This document shows, one piece after another, positions 60,908 to 64,000 of a stretch of DNA of 64,000 nucleotides. How positions within the stretch are numbered: position 1 is the first letter of the stretch; each line of letters begins with the position of its first letter. The position numbers were made by a program, and so were the translations under genes. Source of the DNA: Candidatus Dojkabacteria bacterium (lineage in GTDB: Bacteria; Patescibacteriota; Dojkabacteria; JAOAGR01); NCBI GenBank assembly GCA_026415655.1, contig JAOAGR010000002.1, forward strand, positions 131,237 through 195,236, given 5' to 3'. The notes under the pieces are model-generated. The model saw nothing but the letters and a program-made list of their open reading frames with translations, made no database searches and had not been told where the DNA came from.

Positions 60908-62773
60908 ATGGATATTAGCAAGATTCGTAATTTTTGCATTATTGCTCATATTGATCATGGTAAATCTACTCTTTCGGATAGGCTTATTGAAATAACAAAT
61001 ACAGTGGAAAAAAGGAAATTGGAAGATCAATTTTTGGACAATTTAGATCTTGAGAAAGAACGAGGGATTACAATAAAGCTTCAAACCGTAAGAATGATTT
61101 ATAGATTTAATAATGAGGATTATGTCTTAAATCTTATTGATACCCCAGGACATGTTGATTTTTCTTATGAGGTTTCTAGATCTATGGCTGCATGCGAAGG
61201 CGCAATTCTTTTGATAGATGCAACTCAAGGTATTGAAGCACAAACAATTTCTAACGCCTTTAAGGCAATGGAACATAATCTGAAAATTATTCCAGTTGTC
61301 AACAAAATAGATCTGCCAAATGCAGAACCTGAAAAGCGAGCTATAGAAGTATGTGAAACATTTGGTTTTGATTTGGATGAAATTTTATTTGTATCTGGTA
61401 AAACAGGTGAAGGAGTTGATAGTCTTTTGCATGCTATTGTCAATCGAATACCAGCACCGAAACAACATACTACATTAGATTCTGTACAGGCTCTAATATT
61501 TGATTCCTTTTTTGATGAATACAAAGGTGTTGTTGCATTGGTACGTATCATGGATGGTTTCATCAGCCAAGATGACCTACAGAGAAATCATAGTTTATAT
61601 TTATATAGTACTAATTTAACATTTAATCCTATTGAGGTTGGATATTTGAAACCTAATTTATCTCCTAGTAAATGTCTATATACAGGTGAAGTGGGTTATG
61701 TCGCCACCGGTGAAAAAAATATAAGAAATGTTCAAGTGGGTGATACCATAACATTTGTTGATAACAAACTACCTAAGTTACCTGGTTATAAACGTCCAAA
61801 GTCTATGGTTTATGCTAGTTTATATCCAGTTGATGCAAATCAACAAACTGAATTACGGGAGTCATTGGAAAAACTGGCACTAAATGATTCTTCATTAAAT
61901 TTCGTACCTGAATACTCAAAGGCATTAGGTTCGGGATTTAGGTGTGGCTTTTTGGGCCTTTTGCATATGGATGTTGTTCAAGAAAGGCTCGAGAGAGAAT
62001 ACAGTGTGGATCTAATACTTACTGCACCTTCTGTGGAGTACAAAGTAAAATTAAAATCTATTAAAACAAAAAATAATAATTATAAACCTTCAGATTTTGA
62101 TGAAAATGGTTTACTTACTATTACTACGGCATCTGATTTACCTGATATGAGCATGGTGGACAGTATTTTAGAACCATGGATGAAGGTAGAGATTGTAACT
62201 GCAGCTGAGTATATAGGTGATGTTATGAAACTATGTAGTAGTCGTAGATCAATTTATAAAAATACAGAATATATTGGTAGCACGGCAAATATGTCTCGTG
62301 TAATATTACACTATGAAATGCCATTGATAGAGATAATAAATGACTTTTTCGATAACTTAAAATCAGTTACTCATGGATATGCATCCTTGGATTATTCCTT
62401 CATAGAGTATCGGGTGGGTGATATCGTAAAAGTTGATATTCTAATAAACAACGAAAAAGTTGATGCTCTTTCTTTTTTGATTGATCGTTCTCAAGCTATG
62501 TCGGAGGGAAGGAGAATTGTTGAGAACTTAAAAAAACTTATTCCAAAGCATTTATTCAAAATTCCATTACAAGCTACAATTGGGGGCAAGATCATTGCTA
62601 GGGAAGATATACCAGCGATAAAAAAAGATGTATTAAAAGTGTTATCAGGTGGTGATCATACTCGAAAATTAAAACAATTGGAAAAACAAAAAGAAGGAAA
62701 AAAAAGACTAAAAATGTATGGAAAAGTTTCTATACCACAAGAAGCATTTTTATCTATACTAAAGAAATCTTAG
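60908..62773 (+). CDS. lepA: Elongation factor 4 (LepA)
   Basis: MDISKIRNFCIIAHIDHGKST G1 box, DTPGH, NKID, and LepA-specific C-terminal domain. The track ORF starts at 60866, but the conserved N-terminus supports the ATG at 60908. Confidence 0.92.
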   Translation: MDISKIRNFCIIAHIDHGKSTLSDRLIEITNTVEKRKLEDQFLDNLDLEKERGITIKLQTVRMIYRFNNEDYVLNLIDTPGHVDFSYEVSRSMAACEGAILLIDATQGIEAQTISNAFKAMEHNLKIIPVVNKIDLPNAEPEKRAIEVCETFGFDLDEILFVSGKTGEGVDSLLHAIVNRIPAPKQHTTLDSVQALIFDSFFDEYKGVVALVRIMDGFISQDDLQRNHSLYLYSTNLTFNPIEVGYLKPNLSPSKCLYTGEVGYVATGEKNIRNVQVGDTITFVDNKLPKLPGYKRPKSMVYASLYPVDANQQTELRESLEKLALNDSSLNFVPEYSKALGSGFRCGFLGLLHMDVVQERLEREYSVDLILTAPSVEYKVKLKSIKTKNNNYKPSDFDENGLLTITTASDLPDMSMVDSILEPWMKVEIVTAAEYIGDVMKLCSSRRSIYKNTEYIGSTANMSRVILHYEMPLIEIINDFFDNLKSVTHGYASLDYSFIEYRVGDIVKVDILINNEKVDALSFLIDRSQAMSEGRRIVENLKKLIPKHLFKIPLQATIGGKIIAREDIPAIKKDVLKVLSGGDHTRKLKQLEKQKEGKKRLKMYGKVSIPQEAFLSILKKS

Positions 62774-62858
62774 AGATTTGATTTTATTTTTAGCTATCTT
62801 TCAAATGTTTACTAATTAATTATTAAATTAATGTTCCGAATGTTTCAGTTGGGAAAAA

Positions 62859-64000
62859 TTACAAACTGTGTAATGTATTTATAAATTCATTATTTGTATA
62901 TGTAGATTTTAATCTATCAATAAGTGCAGTACTAGCATCATCACCTAAACTTTTTAACATGCGTCTAATTTTCCAAGAAATCTGTAACCCTTCTGTTCCT
63001 AAAAGCAATTCCTCGTTCCTGGTGCCTGAATGAACTACATCAATTGCGGGAAAAACTCTTTGATTTGCTAATTTACGATCGAGTTTTAGTTCCATGTTTC
63101 CAGTACCCTTAAACTCTTCAAAAATGACGTCATCCATTTTTGATCCTGTATCAACAAGTGCAGTAGCAATGATTGTAAGAGAAGCTCCATTTTCAAAGTT
63201 TCTTGCTGCTCCAAAAAATCTTTTTGAAGGATAAAGAGCATTTGGATCAAGACCGCCAGAAAGTGTACGACCTGAAGCAGGTAATGCTACATTGTATGCA
63301 CGGGCAAGCCTTGTAAGCGAGTCCATGAGTATCACTACATCCTTTCCTGATTCTACAAGTCTTTTTGACCTTTCTAATGCTAATTCAGCAACCAAGACTT
63401 GATGTTTTGGATCTTCATCAAAGTTGGATGCATAGACTATACCATTGACAGATCTTTCGATATCAGTGACCTCTTCGGGTCTTTCACCAATTAATACTAT
63501 TATGAGTTGTATATTAGGATAATTTGTATTGATGCCTTTAGCTATATCTTTTAATAAGTATGTTTTACCAGCTTTTGGGGGAGCCACTATCATCCCTCTT
63601 TGACCAAATCCTACGGGTGATAATATATCAATTATTCGATTAGCAATAGGATATTGACCTATTTCTAATTTAATTTGCTTATTTGGATATATTGGCTTTA
63701 ATTCATCAAAATGAACACGGTTTATATTTATATATTCTTCAACATGTATACCATTTACTTTTGTTACGTTGACAACGGCACGGTAACGTTCGTTATCTTT
63801 GGGAAGTCTAGCTTGCGCTTCTATAAAATCACCCCTTCTAAGTTTTAATTTTTTGATATGAGAAATTGATATATAAACATCCTTATCAGATGGAGATAAT
63901 TTCGGAGTACGCAATATACCATGAGAATTATCTGGCATTATGTCTAAAATTCCATCAACTTCTAGTAGCGGTTCATGAAGTAATATTGTATTAGCGTTAT
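62859..64000 (-). CDS. rho: Transcription termination factor Rho (partial; N-terminus beyond the window end)
   Basis: Walker [18 protein letters not shown]; Q- and R-loops; the N-terminal OB/CSD-like region is open in frame to the window edge (...[23 protein letters not shown]...). Confidence 0.9.
   Translation of the reverse strand, partial: NANTILLHEPLLEVDGILDIMPDNSHGILRTPKLSPSDKDVYISISHIKKLKLRRGDFIEAQARLPKDNERYRAVVNVTKVNGIHVEEYININRVHFDELKPIYPNKQIKLEIGQYPIANRIIDILSPVGFGQRGMIVAPPKAGKTYLLKDIAKGINTNYPNIQLIIVLIGERPEEVTDIERSVNGIVYASNFDEDPKHQVLVAELALERSKRLVESGKDVVILMDSLTRLARAYNVALPASGRTLSGGLDPNALYPSKRFFGAARNFENGASLTIIATALVDTGSKMDDVIFEEFKGTGNMELKLDRKLANQRVFPAIDVVHSGTRNEELLLGTEGLQISWKIRRMLKSLGDDASTALIDRLKSTYTNNEFINTLHSL

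Noticed and set aside
1-64000. Alternative genetic code with TGA as sense (code 4 or code 25, as in some candidate-phyla bacteria), prompted by two in-frame TGAs
   Set aside because: mreB terminates at TGA. Long conserved genes (dnaE, leuS, ftsH, RND) are uninterrupted under the standard code. A conserved Trp in LeuRS (MGWDSF) is encoded by TGG. So TGA is a genuine stop here.
1-64000. CRISPR arrays, rRNA genes, integrases/transposases
   Set aside because: No regularly spaced direct repeats, no rRNA-like conserved segments, and no DDE/tyrosine-recombinase motifs found among ORFs. The only notable repeat is the 24-bp tandem duplication at 54569-54622.

Overview
AT-rich (~28-30% GC), gene-dense bacterial chromosomal window with reduced-genome (CPR/Patescibacteria-like) character and the standard genetic code. 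Most of it is housekeeping: mreB, rplK-rplA, nth, archaeal/eukaryotic-type aspS, ftsH, thrS, ilvE, glyQS, eno, cysS, rpoD-rplJ-rplL, lepB, leuS, dnaE, lepA, rho, and four tRNAs (Gly-GCC, Ser-GGA, Cys-GCA, Lys-CTT). Accessory content: an RND transporter convergent with a MacB-like ABC pair; an ECF sigma/anti-sigma module flanked by large type-II membrane-anchored secreted proteins that share a Cys-bracketed motif; a lamin-tail-domain surface protein; a five-gene membrane-protein cluster; an orphan histidine kinase; a type IV pilin-like gene; and a decayed SulP permease pseudogene. The most unusual signal is a dispersed set of small ORFs with clearly elevated GC and atypical codon usage, wedged between core genes and partly next to tRNA genes. 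Two of them (4301-5023 and 38276-38773) are clear paralogs, and one of those carries an in-frame TGA inside the conserved region. There is a second same-frame TGA split (25968-26369 / 26529-27335) and a homopolymer A9 frameshift splitting a surface protein (30016-31399). No CRISPR array, rRNA, integrase or transposase was recognised.
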